DNA from: Chiloscyllium plagiosum
Taxonomy: Eukaryota
Reading direction: 5' to 3'
DNA length: 30,917 nucleotides
NCBI RefSeq assembly: GCF_004010195.1
Contig: NC_057718.1
Coordinates: forward strand, 26,006,508 to 26,037,424
A program made the position numbers and the translations under genes. Below are positions 1-10,210 of the stretch, in pieces. The notes under the pieces were generated by a model. That model worked only from the letters and a program-made list of their open reading frames with translations. It had not been told where the DNA came from and made no database searches. Each line of letters opens with the position of its first letter. Positions within the stretch are counted from its first letter, which is position 1.

Positions 1-1019
1 GCATCTATCCAGACGCATCTTAAATGAATCTACTGTGCCTGCCTCTATCACCTCTGCTGGCAACGCATTCCAAACGCTCACCACCCTCTATGTGAAGTAC
101 TTGCCGCATGTATCCCCCTTAAACATTCCACCTCTCACTTGAAAGCATGACCTCTCATTATTGAGTTCTTCACCCTGGGAAAAATCTTGTCTCTATCCAC
201 CCTGTCTATACCCTTCATGATTTTGTAAACCTCAATCAGGATCCCCCCCCCGCCCCCCATCTCACTTTTTCTAATGAAAAAAAACCTAACCTACTCAACC
301 TCTCTTCATAGCTAGCACCTTCCATACCAGGCAACATCCTCATAAACCTTCTCAGCACCCTCTCCAACGCATTGACATCCTTTTGGTAATGTGGTAACCA
401 GAACTGTACACAGTATTCTAAATGCGGCCGAACCAATGTCTTGTACAATTTTAACATGACTTGCCAGCTCTTATATTCAATACCCCGTCCAATGAAGGCA
501 AGCATACTGTATGCTTTCTTGACCACTCTATCCACTTGTGCAGCAAACTTCAGGGTACAATGGACCTGCACTCCCAGATCTCTCTGCCCATCAACTTTTC
601 CCAAGGCTCTTCCATTCATTGTATAATTCGCTCTTGAATTAGTCTTGCCTAAATGCATCACCTCACATTTGTCTGGATTGAAAACCATCTGCCACTTCTC
701 CGCCCAATTCTCCAGTCTATCTATATCCTCCTGTATTCTCTGACAGTCCCTTATGCTTTCTGCTACTCCACCAATCTTCATGTCATCTGCAAACTTGCTG
801 ATCATACCAACAGTGCCCTCTTCCAGATCATTTATGTGTATTACAAACAACAGTGGCCCAACACTGACCCCCGTGGAACACCACTGGTCACCTTTCTACA
901 TTTCAAGAAATTGCCTTCAACTACTACTCTCTGTCTCCTGTTGCTCAACCAGTTCTTTATCCACCTAGCTAGAACACCCTGCACACAATGTAACTTCACT
1001 TTCTCCATTAGTCAACCAT
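1..1019 (-). mobile_element. CR1-clade LINE, 3' part of ORF2 (RT C-terminus)
   Basis: ORF 236..850 has CR1 RT motifs (INDL..., SKFADD, WQMVFNPDKCEVMHLG, LYKTLVRPHLEYCVQFW). Homology continues on both sides of the ORF. Confidence 0.95.
236..850 (-). pseudogene. CR1 ORF2 reverse transcriptase fragment (204-aa open stretch)
   Basis: FADD catalytic motif and CR1 C-terminal motifs. Frame is lost near the A-run/poly-C tract at about 243-285. Confidence 0.9.
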
Positions 1020-1264
1020 GGAGTGGTTCACTCAGAGGGTGGTACGTGTATGGAATGAGCTGCCAGAGGGAGTGGTGGAGACTGGTGCAATTGCAGCATT
1101 TAAAAGGCATCTGGATGTGTATATGAATAGGGAGGGTTTGGAGGAATATGGGCCAGGTGCTGGCAGGTGGGACTGGATTGCGTTGGGATAGCTGGTCAGC
1201 ATGGGCGAGTTGGACCGAAGGGTCTGTTTCCATGCTGTACATCTCTGTGACTTTATGACTCTAT
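1020..1264 (+). mobile_element. CR1 LINE 3' end (5'-truncated) with tail
   Basis: FTQRVVRVWNELP...FKRHLD coding remnant, then the 3'UTR motif ggaccgaagggtctgtttcc and a (ctatgact)-type tail. Confidence 0.9.
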
Positions 1265-1269
1265 TTGCC

Positions 1270-2000
1270 TCATGGACTGAAGGGAAAGCGTGGGGCTGAC
1301 CTGAAGAGGGAACTAAACCTTAGAATTCCATTGGCATTTCCTTGGCTGCTTCTGGAATCCCCTCAGGTAGCTGGTAGCCGGGGAAAGGAAATATTGTGCC
1401 CTACTGGCTGGTGGTGGGGGGTTTGGCTTAGGTCTTGTGGCAAGATCAGTGGCAGATGTTCCAAATGGAGTGATATTAGCACTTAAATAAAGATCGAGTG
1501 ATGCCTTGCCAAACTACGGTAGAGTTTCCACTTCGAATGTAATGATAAAATGGGGCATAAAATGCACCCAATGAGTGGAATTTAATCCAGGTGATAGCCA
1601 TCTTTATTGCCAGTAAGTACTCCAGTCCTCGTCCCTTTGCAAAAGCTATATCAAGTGCCAAGCTATACTGGAGCCAAGACCCTGAATATGGAAATCCCAA
1701 TCCTACCATGAATTGTGATTGGGCCTACTTAGCTGTAATAGCGAGGTGTTCCGGTATCACCAAGGGATCGAGGCCCCAGGTTGGGGAAGGCTGGAGGGGG
1801 AGTCATGAAGAAGTGGAAAGGAGGGAGGGCATCAACAGGGAGTGCAGGGGGCTTTCGGTAGCTACCACCTACTTTCCTGATATCAGGTCCTTCAGTCAGA
1901 CATCTTTGATTGAGCACCTTCCCCATAATCCTGTAAGCAGCTCTGACAGACTTTGGTTGTCAGGCTTCCCACTCAACAAGTCCCCTGCCTACTGCTATGT
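1270..2000. repeat. unclassified GC-richer interspersed repeat (probable degraded DNA-transposon remnant)
   Basis: Composition and motifs resemble the 6100-6450 segment. No recognisable protein domain. Confidence 0.3.
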
Positions 2001-2514
2001 AAACACCAAGCAGCAGTGAGATGAAGCCCAAATGTGGGCATTGATATTTATTTAAAAGCTTCAGGTGGTGTTAAGGGGGCAAGGCTGACCATGAACCCTT
2101 CTAATTTGAACTTTATCAGGGTAGGAGGAGAAAGGCAGTAGGGTCCCCAGCTCTCACCCAATGAAATAAATCTCACCTCTGGGGGAGCATTCAATTCCAG
2201 CCAAAGTTTCCCCAGCTAGGTTAAATTTAGAGATTCCACAAAATGCATCATTATCACAAACATAACACAAACTAGTGAAGCTGAGCAGCACAATAGATTG
2301 TACTGCCTTTTTTTCCCTTTTCTTTTGATCTTCGTAACTTGCACAGCTGAGTTCAGTTTCAATAACACTGTGTGCCCAAATAGATGCTGTTACCATGGGA
2401 ACTGTCCCCTCGATCTATTTCTTGCTTTGTTTGTTACCAAAAAATTACGCCTTTGATATTTGAATCGGCAGATGCACCAAGGTATTTCTTTACAAAGTTT
2501 AATAAGGTCGAAGT

Positions 2515-2660
2515 TTAATAAACTCAGCAGGCCTGGCAACATCTGTGGAGAGAAACCAGAGTTCAAGTTTTGGGAGATGTAGCCAGACCTGTTGAATTTT
2601 CCCAATTATTTCTATATTTGTTTTTGATTTACAGCATCTGTAGTTCCTAGCTATTTTATT
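2515..2660. mobile_element. degenerate PLE terminal-repeat hairpin fragment
   Basis: actcagcaggcctggcaacatctgtggagaga... is followed by its approximate reverse complement (agatgtagccagacctgttgaattt...cagcatctgtagtt). Same motif family as 12595-12725. Confidence 0.65.
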
Positions 2661-3254
2661 TAATGGATTTGGTCCTGCTCTCAAATTTACCACTGCAATG
2701 AAAGCTCCCCTTCCTCAATGTAGTAGTTGAGAAATCTACCAACATCTACAGAAAGCCTACAGCCATTGGTCAATGTGCACATTGAGATTCCTATTCCCAC
2801 GCACTATAAGATCAACCTTATCAGCAACTTCATGAAAAACGTCCTAGCTGAGAGTATGTCAAACGTATCTTGCCTGATAACAGCTACGCTGATCAAATGA
2901 CTGATTCAATCACTCATCAAGTGAATGACTCATATATAATGCAAAACTCATAAAGGGCCTACAGCCACATTTGTTTCAAAATGTGAGCAACAGGTGAAGT
3001 TATTCATTAACTGCTGCTACTTTGCAGAGAAAACAAGTTGCTGCTGTCAAGATAAAGAAGACATTTTGCATGCCCGCAAATGAGTCATGTGAAATGTGCT
3101 TCACTGCCAGTGCGATGCCAGGTATGTAGGCCAAGCAGCCCAATGACTGGTGGACTGAATCAAACAATATATCCAAACTTGCTCAACCATCCAGACTTGC
3201 AAGTCTCAACACTATCTGATATAAGATGTGATTCTGATATATTGGACAACAGTT

Positions 3255-3345
3255 CACTTGGAGGTCGCCACTGATGATGTTACCTAGCCAGGTAATGAAA
3301 CGTCTGGATATCAAACCTACAGCTCAGCGAGCAAACCTACACCCT
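3255..3345 (+). mobile_element. short PLE terminal-repeat (pLTR) insertion nested in the older PLE
   Basis: Interrupts the IGQQ|LLNNP coding remnant and is flanked by AGTT (3251-3254, 3346-3349). Contains a hammerhead core and a caaacctaca direct repeat. Confidence 0.75.
3268..3307 (+). ncRNA. minimal type I hammerhead ribozyme motif
   Basis: CCA | CTGATGA | T GTTACCT-AGCC-AGGTAAT (stem II) | GAAA | CG | TC | TGG. Stem I is CCA/TGG, stem III is a palindromic CG, and the predicted cleavage follows C3304. Confidence 0.7.
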
Positions 3346-3629
3346 AGTTACTAAATAATCCAGACTCTGCTCAGAATTGCCGAAAACCAATTTAAGACCA
3401 GCAGGTAGGCTTGCACTTGTACTAAAAGCTACATATATTGATGTAAAGGACATTCTATATCAGCAAAAGGAATCTGTACATTGCACCTATTTTTTGAGAA
3501 AGCATCTGTAACATCCCCTGAGTACAAAACCCTGACCAATCAAATGCCTAGCCTGACAACTGAGACCTATTCCTGCTAATGATGGCCCAACCAATCAGTA
3601 CCTTTTGTGACGCATGAATTCACAGCTTC

Positions 3630-3780
3630 AGACAATCATTACAGTGCTGAAGGGGCCATTCGGTCCATTGTGCCTGCACCAGCACTATTGTCCAGTGCCC
3701 ATCTCCTGCCTTTCCCCATATGTCTGCAAACCATTACTATCCAAATAACCATCCAATGTCCTGTTGAATGCTTTGAATGA
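3630..3780 (-). mobile_element. degraded CR1 3' end
   Basis: ggccattcggtccattgtgcctgcacc...tttccccata... is the reverse complement of a CR1 3'UTR. Confidence 0.65.
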
Positions 3781-3809
3781 AATTGGCATTCATTTTTCAA
3801 GCATGTAGT

Positions 3810-4140
3810 TATGTAATGATAATGTCACTGGTCTCGTTATCCCGAGGCCCTAGATAGCATGGGATGAAATCCTTCCAGGGAAGATGATAAAATGTGAATT
3901 CAATAAAACTTGGAATTGAAAGGCTAGTCTAACCGTGATTATGTATCTGGTTCACTAATATCCTTTAGAGAAGAAAATCTGTGGTTCTTACCTGGTTTGG
4001 CTTAAATGTGACACTGGACTCATAACAGTGTCTCTGACTCTCAACTCCCTCTGAAACAGTCCAGCAAGCCATTCAGTTCATGACAAATCAAGATGGGCAA
4101 CTTGGCCTTGCCTCTAACGTCTACATCCCAAGCAAAAATA
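3810..4140 (+). mobile_element. tRNA-derived SINE with LINE-derived 3' tail
   Basis: Degenerate head (aatgtcactgg...), body tctggttcactaatatcctttagagaagaaaatctg, tail gatgggcaac...catcccaagcaaaaa similar to the LINE end at 19750-19825. Confidence 0.7.
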
Positions 4141-4149
4141 ATATGGAAT

Positions 4150-4500
4150 GACAGAATCATGGAATCATACAACATAAATGAGGCCATTTGGCCCATTGAG
4201 TTGGAATGGACAAAAACTGCTCTAATCTGCACTTGGTCCACGGCCTTAAATGGTATGGCATTTCATATGATCACCCAAGGACTTCTTAAAGGTTGCCAGA
4301 ATTCACGCCTTTACTGCCATCCTAGGTACTGTACGCCAGATTCCTAACATCCTCTAGGTGAAAAACACTTTTCCTTAAATCCCTCTATGCCTCTTGCCTT
4401 TCATTTTAAAATTATGCCCCTTGTTGGTGACCTTTCACTAAGGAGAAGAATTGCTTTCTATCCACCCTGTCCATGTCCCTCATAATCTTATACACCAATC
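4150..4500 (-). mobile_element. CR1 3' end fragment
   Basis: Tail agaatcatggaatcata, gaggccatttggcccat, ctatccaccctgtccatgtccctcataatcttata. Confidence 0.8.
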
Positions 4501-4624
4501 AAATCTGGTTTCTCTCATCCTAGTCCTGATGAATGCAAGACAAAAAAAGATTTAATTTTGTGCCTCCCTTTAGCAATATTTAAGTTCTGGACTACCAAGA
4601 AGTTTTGTTTTTTTTTTACTTTTA

Positions 4625-4778
4625 ATAGAATCATAGAAACACTACAGTGCAGATAGATGTCATTTGGCCCATCAAATCTGCACCAACCCTCTGAATCGCA
4701 ACCCATGCAGACCCACTCATCCCACCCTGTCACTGTAACCTCACATTTACCATGGCTAATCCATCTAGCCTGCATATT
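4625..4778 (-). mobile_element. 3' part of an HE1-like (V-domain) SINE with CR1-type tail
   Basis: atagaatcatagaaac...catttggcccatc...catttaccatggctaatccatctagcctgca. Confidence 0.6.
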
Positions 4779-5039
4779 TTTTAAAAAGTCATTAATACAT
4801 TAGTAAATGGTAAGCTGTTGTAATTTTATTAATACAGTCAAATGTGTGTTAAGTCTAAGAAACTAGCATTGTCAGTAAGTATGTAGTGTAACTTAAACTC
4901 GCTGAAAACGTTTGAACAAATTATATCAAACTATTTACAAATGTTATTGGTTTACATTGGTCAGCTTCTTAATAAATTAAATATTTTTGAATATGTGACA
5001 GCTTAAAACATCTGCCTCATTGTTTTCTCATTTTGTTAG

Positions 5040-5163
5040 GCACTATCGAAAAGTTTCCTTTAAACTGAGCAATTGGTGGTGTCATGTCATGATGACCTGG
5101 GACAAAGTCCGTTTAGCTCAGGTGGGGCACTTGAATCTTAAACCATTGAAAAAAAAGGAGTAA
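5040..5163 (+). CDS. putative terminal coding exon of an unidentified host gene: (x)HYRKVSFKLSNWWCHVMMTWDKVRLAQVGHLNLKPLKKKE*
   Basis: Strong acceptor (ctcattgttttctcattttgttAG, 5038-5039) in non-repeat AT-rich DNA. One frame is open for 40 codons to TAA 5161-5163; the other two frames stop within 10 codons. A 3'UTR-like tract follows. Confidence 0.5.
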
Positions 5164-5760
5164 ACACTGAAAATAAGTAGTTTTGAGTGTAACTGCTTGA
5201 GGATTAAAATTCCATGATATTCTGTAGTGGAATCTGGCCAGTGGACATTATATTGTTGTTATTTGTATATTTGTCTATTCAATGCAATCATTTCTGTTAA
5301 TATTCAAAACAAAGTGTATATATTCAAAACAATGCTGTCCTGTTTTTGAAGATAAGAATCCCTTGGAGATAGGATATATGATCAAATATAGGGAATGTGT
5401 ACCCAGAACAATTTAAATGAAATGTTTTTTGTTTATGAAAATACTCTCAAGGACATGAGAAGCAGGGGTTCACTCATTTCAACCCAGCATTTGTGATGCA
5501 GCTGGTGACTTACAGAGCTTCATCATGTGATGCACTTTAAGTTTTATAGTGTTTGAGTTTATTAAAAGTGATTCAGATATATTACTTCATTACTGAAAGC
5601 AACCATGCGGACATTTCAAATAAATCTTCATTGGATTTTGCATGAGAGTTTTCAAAAATTCATTATAGTAAACCATGCATATTGTATTTGGTGATGTAAT
5701 AAAGGAGGCTTGTATCACAATGTTGAAGCCATATTGTAAAAATATTGTTTTAATTGAAAC
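5164..5760 (+). other. putative 3'UTR with polyadenylation signals
   Basis: AT-rich, no recognisable repeats. AATAAA at 5619-5624 and 5698-5703, ATTAAA at 5203-5208 and 5561-5566. Confidence 0.4.
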
Positions 5761-5779
5761 ACAAAAATGTTACCATGTA

Positions 5780-6090
5780 GGCAAAACAAGCAATTAGGTA
5801 GACAGATTGAATGTCAGTCTATATTGCAAGGTAGAATTGAATTTAAAAGTCGGGATGTCTTGCTATAACTGTACAGAATGATGAAGGAAACATCACTCAA
5901 GTACTGTATACAGCTTTGGTCGCTTCATGTCCACGAGGTTAATTTCTGAGATGAAGGGACTGTCTATTGAGGACTGTCAATTCAATTTAGCCCTGAACTT
6001 ATTTGAGGTTGGAAGAATGAGAGGTGAGTTTACTAGTCTATATTCTGAGGTTGCTTGACAGAGAAGATGCTATTCGGACGGTTTGGAACT
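5780..6090 (+). mobile_element. old CR1 ORF2 C-terminal fragment
   Basis: Degenerate RIEFKSRDVLL.LYR..., YCIQLWS..., RRMRG remnants. Confidence 0.65.
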
Positions 6091-6512
6091 GAAGAATTGG
6101 GAGTTGGGAGATGAGGGGTAAGATTGGGCCAGCCACCGTCAGAAGGGAAATCCAACATTTTCACGCTGTTCCCTCATTTCACAGAGAGTGGATGATATTG
6201 GCAAGTCTAAGGCAATTATGGCACTTAACTGGCCAATTCACAGGAATCTTATAGAAAATTTCTGATTTTACTGTTAAACCGTCAGGCCAATAGTTGGGGC
6301 AGCTTTGAAGGAACAATGCCAGGGAAGGGCAATGAACTGCCTCCTGCCCCCAAGAGACTACCTTGAAGGGAGGCTCTATTATCTGAGCCTGAACTACTTG
6401 TAGATGCCAAAGTGACATTTTCTTAGAAGGGAGGCCATCATTAATCTGAGTTGCCTAACAGTTGATAGGTACTCAGTGCTAGTAATTCTGACATTACTGT
6501 GGCACTGACCTG

Positions 6513-6630
6513 AAGAAAGTGAGGACTGCAGATGCTGGAGATCGGAGTCGAGAGTGTGGTGCTGGAAAAGCACAGCAGGTCAGGCAGCATCTGAGGAGCA
6601 GGGGAATCGATGGTTCAGGCATAAGCTCTT
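6513..6630 (-). mobile_element. PLE terminal-repeat insertion with long imperfect TSD
   Basis: agaaagtgaggactgcagatgctggagatc...gcaggtcaggcagcatc, flanked by cattactgtggcactgacctg (6492-6512) and cattatgtggcactgaacctg (6631-6651). Confidence 0.8.
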
Positions 6631-6799
6631 CATTATGTGGCACTGAACCTGTCTACCTCTGAATCCTGTTAAGCACTGGTGGAGATTAACATGGGGTCTC
6701 CCCTATACAGTACATGGATAAGTGACAAATTCACTTTTCAGGGAGGTGATGACTATGTGTATGGTCTTCCTAATCCAGAGAGCAAAATGGAAAGCCCCA

Positions 6800-7240
6800 T
6801 TAGATTGGCCATTAATGCATTTTTCTGTTTTCAGGCTGTCATAATTTCCATGCGCATAGCCAGGCACAGATCAGCCAATGGCCTTCCTCACAGGAAGGGT
6901 TGGCACTCCATGTTCAACTGTTCGGTGAACACTGAAATGTTGCACCTTTTAGTTGGGGGCACAGCTCCCTGCAGCAGCCATGAAAGGTGCAGGCATCGAT
7001 TGTCCCATAGTCTCCTCAGTCCCCTCCATTGCATCTTCAGGGATGGATATCAGGGCACAGGACATTTCAAACCTGGGAGGAATCCGCTTACAGACACAGA
7101 GAAAAGGTTCGACACCTGAACCAGAGAAACCCATTGAATCAGCTGTAGACTGAATGAAAATACAATTAATGCACCTCTTCTGTGTGCCCAGGAAGATTTT
7201 CACATTCTGATGACTGCAAAACATTGTGAATCCTGGCAAT
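6800..7240 (+). pseudogene. degraded PIF/Harbinger (HARBI1-like DDE) transposase
   Basis: FQAVIISMRIA resembles VQGVIDCTHIA. RKGWHSM-(fs)-VQL (about 6892-6920) resembles NRKGFHSMNVQL. RNPLTDTEKRFD (7078-7113) resembles RNPQTEAERRYN. IESAVD*MKIQL resembles IEQAIGLLKMRF. Confidence 0.75.
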
Positions 7241-8398
7241 GTAAAGCAGGAGGAATATAAAAACGGGGAGATCATAGATTGCCTTCTCTGATAAGGAGGA
7301 TGTATAGAAGGCCCTGACCATGTCATGAAAGATGAAGGACCACACTCAAAGAACAGTAGGATATATGCATGTGACACTCAGGAAAGGCCAATATACAGAC
7401 ATTTCCTAAGATCCTTAGTACCTTTCAGAACCACACCAGCAAAGTGTTAGTGTTCAGTACTGCTGTCAGCTCCTTCATTTTGCACTCAGTCATCCAGCTC
7501 CCAGCTACACATGGCTTGGCAATGAGGCTGCAACATTGACCACAATCCCCACTTCTAGCCTAACTGAAGACCCAAAGCAGACCAAGACTTGGAAGGAGAG
7601 GTAACAAAAAAAAATGAAAGCCTCATTATGAAGCGAGAGGCAAAGCTTAACATTTTGGAGGTGACCGCGGCCTCTGTAGCTCTCTACATCACAGCCTGAA
7701 CCTGACTTGAACCATAGATAAGTTATGAAGTGAGCATTTTGTCATTCTTGCTAGCTCCTGAGTGGAAGGTCTTGTGTCCATTGGTGGATCAAGGAGCATT
7801 ATGCTTCGTGTGTGCCAGATGCACAGTTGTACCCCTGCACTCAGTCGCTCATTCTGACATTGCTGCCATGTCATCAGCAATGAAGTAGATGCCAATCCGC
7901 CCTGCCAACTCTTCTTCAACGAACACAAAAATGAACTCTTTTAACCTCTCCTTTGACCTCTATACAACCAGACTGCAGTCTGGTCACACGATCCAGTCTT
8001 GCAACCCTGAAGATGTCAAATTCTTATCTTACCCTTGGGGCCTGGAGGAGAAGCTGTTGGCTCGGGCCACCTGGAACCTTCTTTCTGCCATTGTGATTGC
8101 AGATTGCCTTTATGTTTTTCCAGGCAGCCATGGTTGGGAGGAGGCCTGCAGTAGTTGGAAAGCACTCAATGGTTTCCTGCTACATACTTCTGTCTCCTTT
8201 GAAGAATGGCACAGAATGCCAAAAGGATTTTCCAGATGGATTTACAAACTTGCTTTGTGCTGAATGGATACTCCTTCCATGACTGTGGGATATAGGTAGT
8301 GTTACTTCTGCAATCATAATTACTTATGCAAGGTAAATGAACTCACACCAGTGTATAATTGTTTCAGCCAAGAGCTGAGTTAACAAGAATGAAAACTG

Positions 8399-9001
8399 TG
8401 TGAAGGAAATACATAATTGTTTTTGTATTAGCTAAAATGTGCATGCAAGAATGAAATGTGCCTGCAAACAGTGGTAGATGTTATAGACAAATAGATAAGG
8501 TACTGTGAGGGGAGGGGGTTACGCTGGATATGCCTGTACAAACAGTAGTTATAAGCATCTATTTCCCGCTTCTGCAAAAACAAGAACAAACCACAATCAA
8601 GAAGTCATGAGGTCATAAGGTCATAATAAGTGAGGGAAATGGATGGTAGTGAAGGAGGATATACCTAACAATGGACCACAGAGGGAGGTGGTCAAATGGC
8701 CTTGTGAGGCCAGAAAAAAGCATTTTGTCACAGACAGGGCCAGATAAGGCAAGAGATAAACAAGAGTAATGCGCGCCGATCTTAGAGAAGTGGGAGATGT
8801 AAACAGGGGAGGAGCAATGGAAGGAGAGAAGGGAAACAAATTACATAAATTGGGTACTAGTTGAATTCAGTGTGTGTGTGTGACTGCCTTTGTACACAGT
8901 AGACACCACACCCCTCTTGCAAGAGCGAAAGAAATGACACTACTGATTCAGATCTTGACTCGGACTGAAGTTATTGAAGTGAGTGAGCTTCGTTTCTCAC
9001 A
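8399..9001 (+). mobile_element. solo LTR (related to 27635-28203)
   Basis: TGTGAAGG...TTTCTCACA termini. The last ~60 nt closely match the 27635-28203 LTR end. TATA-like cataaat near 8844. No clean TSD. Confidence 0.7.
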
Positions 9002-9009
9002 ATGGGCAT

Positions 9010-9080
9010 CTTAACCTGCAATGGAACTTGAACCCAGGACCTCTGGCTCAGAGGCAGGAATGCTATGATCTGAGCTACCT
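9010..9080 (-). mobile_element. tRNA-like SINE head fragment
   Basis: ggaacttgaacccaggacctctggctcagaggcagg (B-box GGTTCAAGTT on the minus strand). Homologs at 18155-18265 and 18500-18685. Confidence 0.6.
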
Positions 9081-9379
9081 TATGAAGTTGTGTCTGGAAC
9101 TGGGGCATGGTCAGCCTGATTGGAGATCCAGCAACACTTTAAATATGGTGCCAACAGCTGACCCATTACTTGGATGACACTGTCTCCGCTGACTTGCTTC
9201 CAGCCTCACTGCTATGCATGGATGACCCTGAACCTTCTTCATTATGACAGCTGGCTGGCAGCAAACATTGTAAGGGCTGTCACTCACTCCCTGAAAGGGA
9301 ACAGCACACATTTTAATCCCGACATTTGAATCTGTGGCTCAGCCACAAAGTTCAGTTCCATGTTTCTTTGCGTAGGAAT

Positions 9380-9665
9380 AACTACAGCCGGGGCCATAAT
9401 TTCAGAACCAGTGAGTCATCCATTTAAGAGTGAAGTGAGGAGGAATTTCTTCTCTCGGGGGCTTATTTGGTCTTTACCCAAGTGAATTGTGGAGTCTATG
9501 ATGCTGAGGTAGACAGAAATTTGAACTGCAAGGGTGTCAGTGATTATGGGGAACAAGCGAGAGAGTGTTGAAGGGAACATCAGATCTGCCCCGATGTTAT
9601 TGAAAGTGGAGCAGGCTCAAGAGGCTGTGACGTGATCCTGTTCTATTTGTTAAATTCTTATGAAA
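9380..9665 (+). mobile_element. old CR1 3' end
   Basis: catttaagagtgaagtgaggaggaatttcttctctc...tgaaagtggagcaggctcaagaggctg. Confidence 0.7.
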
Positions 9666-9879
9666 TTTTGGAGCCACCAACACACCCCATCCATCCTCAC
9701 TTTCAGGACCAGGGGGTGATAATACCTTGTTAAAAACAAGAATCCTGTTTGGCTCGTCCAAAGGATTCAGGTCTGAACAATTGACTCAGCAGATAGAACA
9801 ATCCAGTGAACTTTGTCTCTCAGATTTTGTGAGAGGTTTGAAGTGAGTGCCTTCAACTTGATTTCCTGCAGGTTTGTAA

Positions 9880-10210
9880 TTTTGAACTACTCTCATTGTG
9901 TTTAAATCTCTCCATTATCATGTTCTTCACCATTTCAGTAATCTTCTTAGAAATGCAGTTCCCTGGACTTCACTGACTCCAGAATCTTGGACATTTCTGG
10001 TCCCTGTACTTCCAGTATTAAAGGTTGCTGAAACCCTCACGTTGAAATTCCCAACATCTTTCCACATCCTATTTAATTTTCTCCTTTAAAACTCTTTTCT
10101 TTGACAAAGGTTCTTTCTGCTGCTCAGTGTTCGGATTTTAATTACATCTCTTTGAAGAACCTTGGCACTAATGATTTCCTATATCAAAGGTGCTATATAA
10201 ATGCAAGCTC
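9880..10210 (+). mobile_element. degraded L2-type LINE/SINE 3' end
   Basis: gtgtttaaatctctccat...ctcctttaaaac...aaaggtgctatataaatgcaag terminal motif. Confidence 0.5.

Larger units (their letters stand above)
2660..3610 (+). mobile_element. old, degraded Penelope-like element (RT thumb + GIY-YIG endonuclease)
   Basis: Frame-broken remnants PALKFT, LPFL.V.VEKS, YRKPT..GQ..H*DSYS, YKINLISN, HCQCDARYVGQ and IGQQ/LLNNP, in the PLE RT to GIY-YIG order. Confidence 0.75.

Noticed and set aside
653..1126. 157-aa plus-strand ORF and similar ORFs (11497-11990, 29997-30185, 30615-30836)
   Set aside because: Antisense shadows of CR1 coding sequence.
1..1264. Head-to-head CR1 pieces as a twin-priming 5' inversion
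   Set aside because: The minus-strand piece already includes (1-120) the region homologous to the plus-strand piece, with clearly different sequence. They are two independent subfamily copies.
5089..5170. C/D-box snoRNA (ATGATGA 5089-5095, CTGA 5167-5170) or SECIS-like hairpin (ACCTGGG/CTCAGGT)
   Set aside because: No terminal stem flanks the boxes, the 3' GA of a SECIS core is absent, and the region is better explained as an exon.
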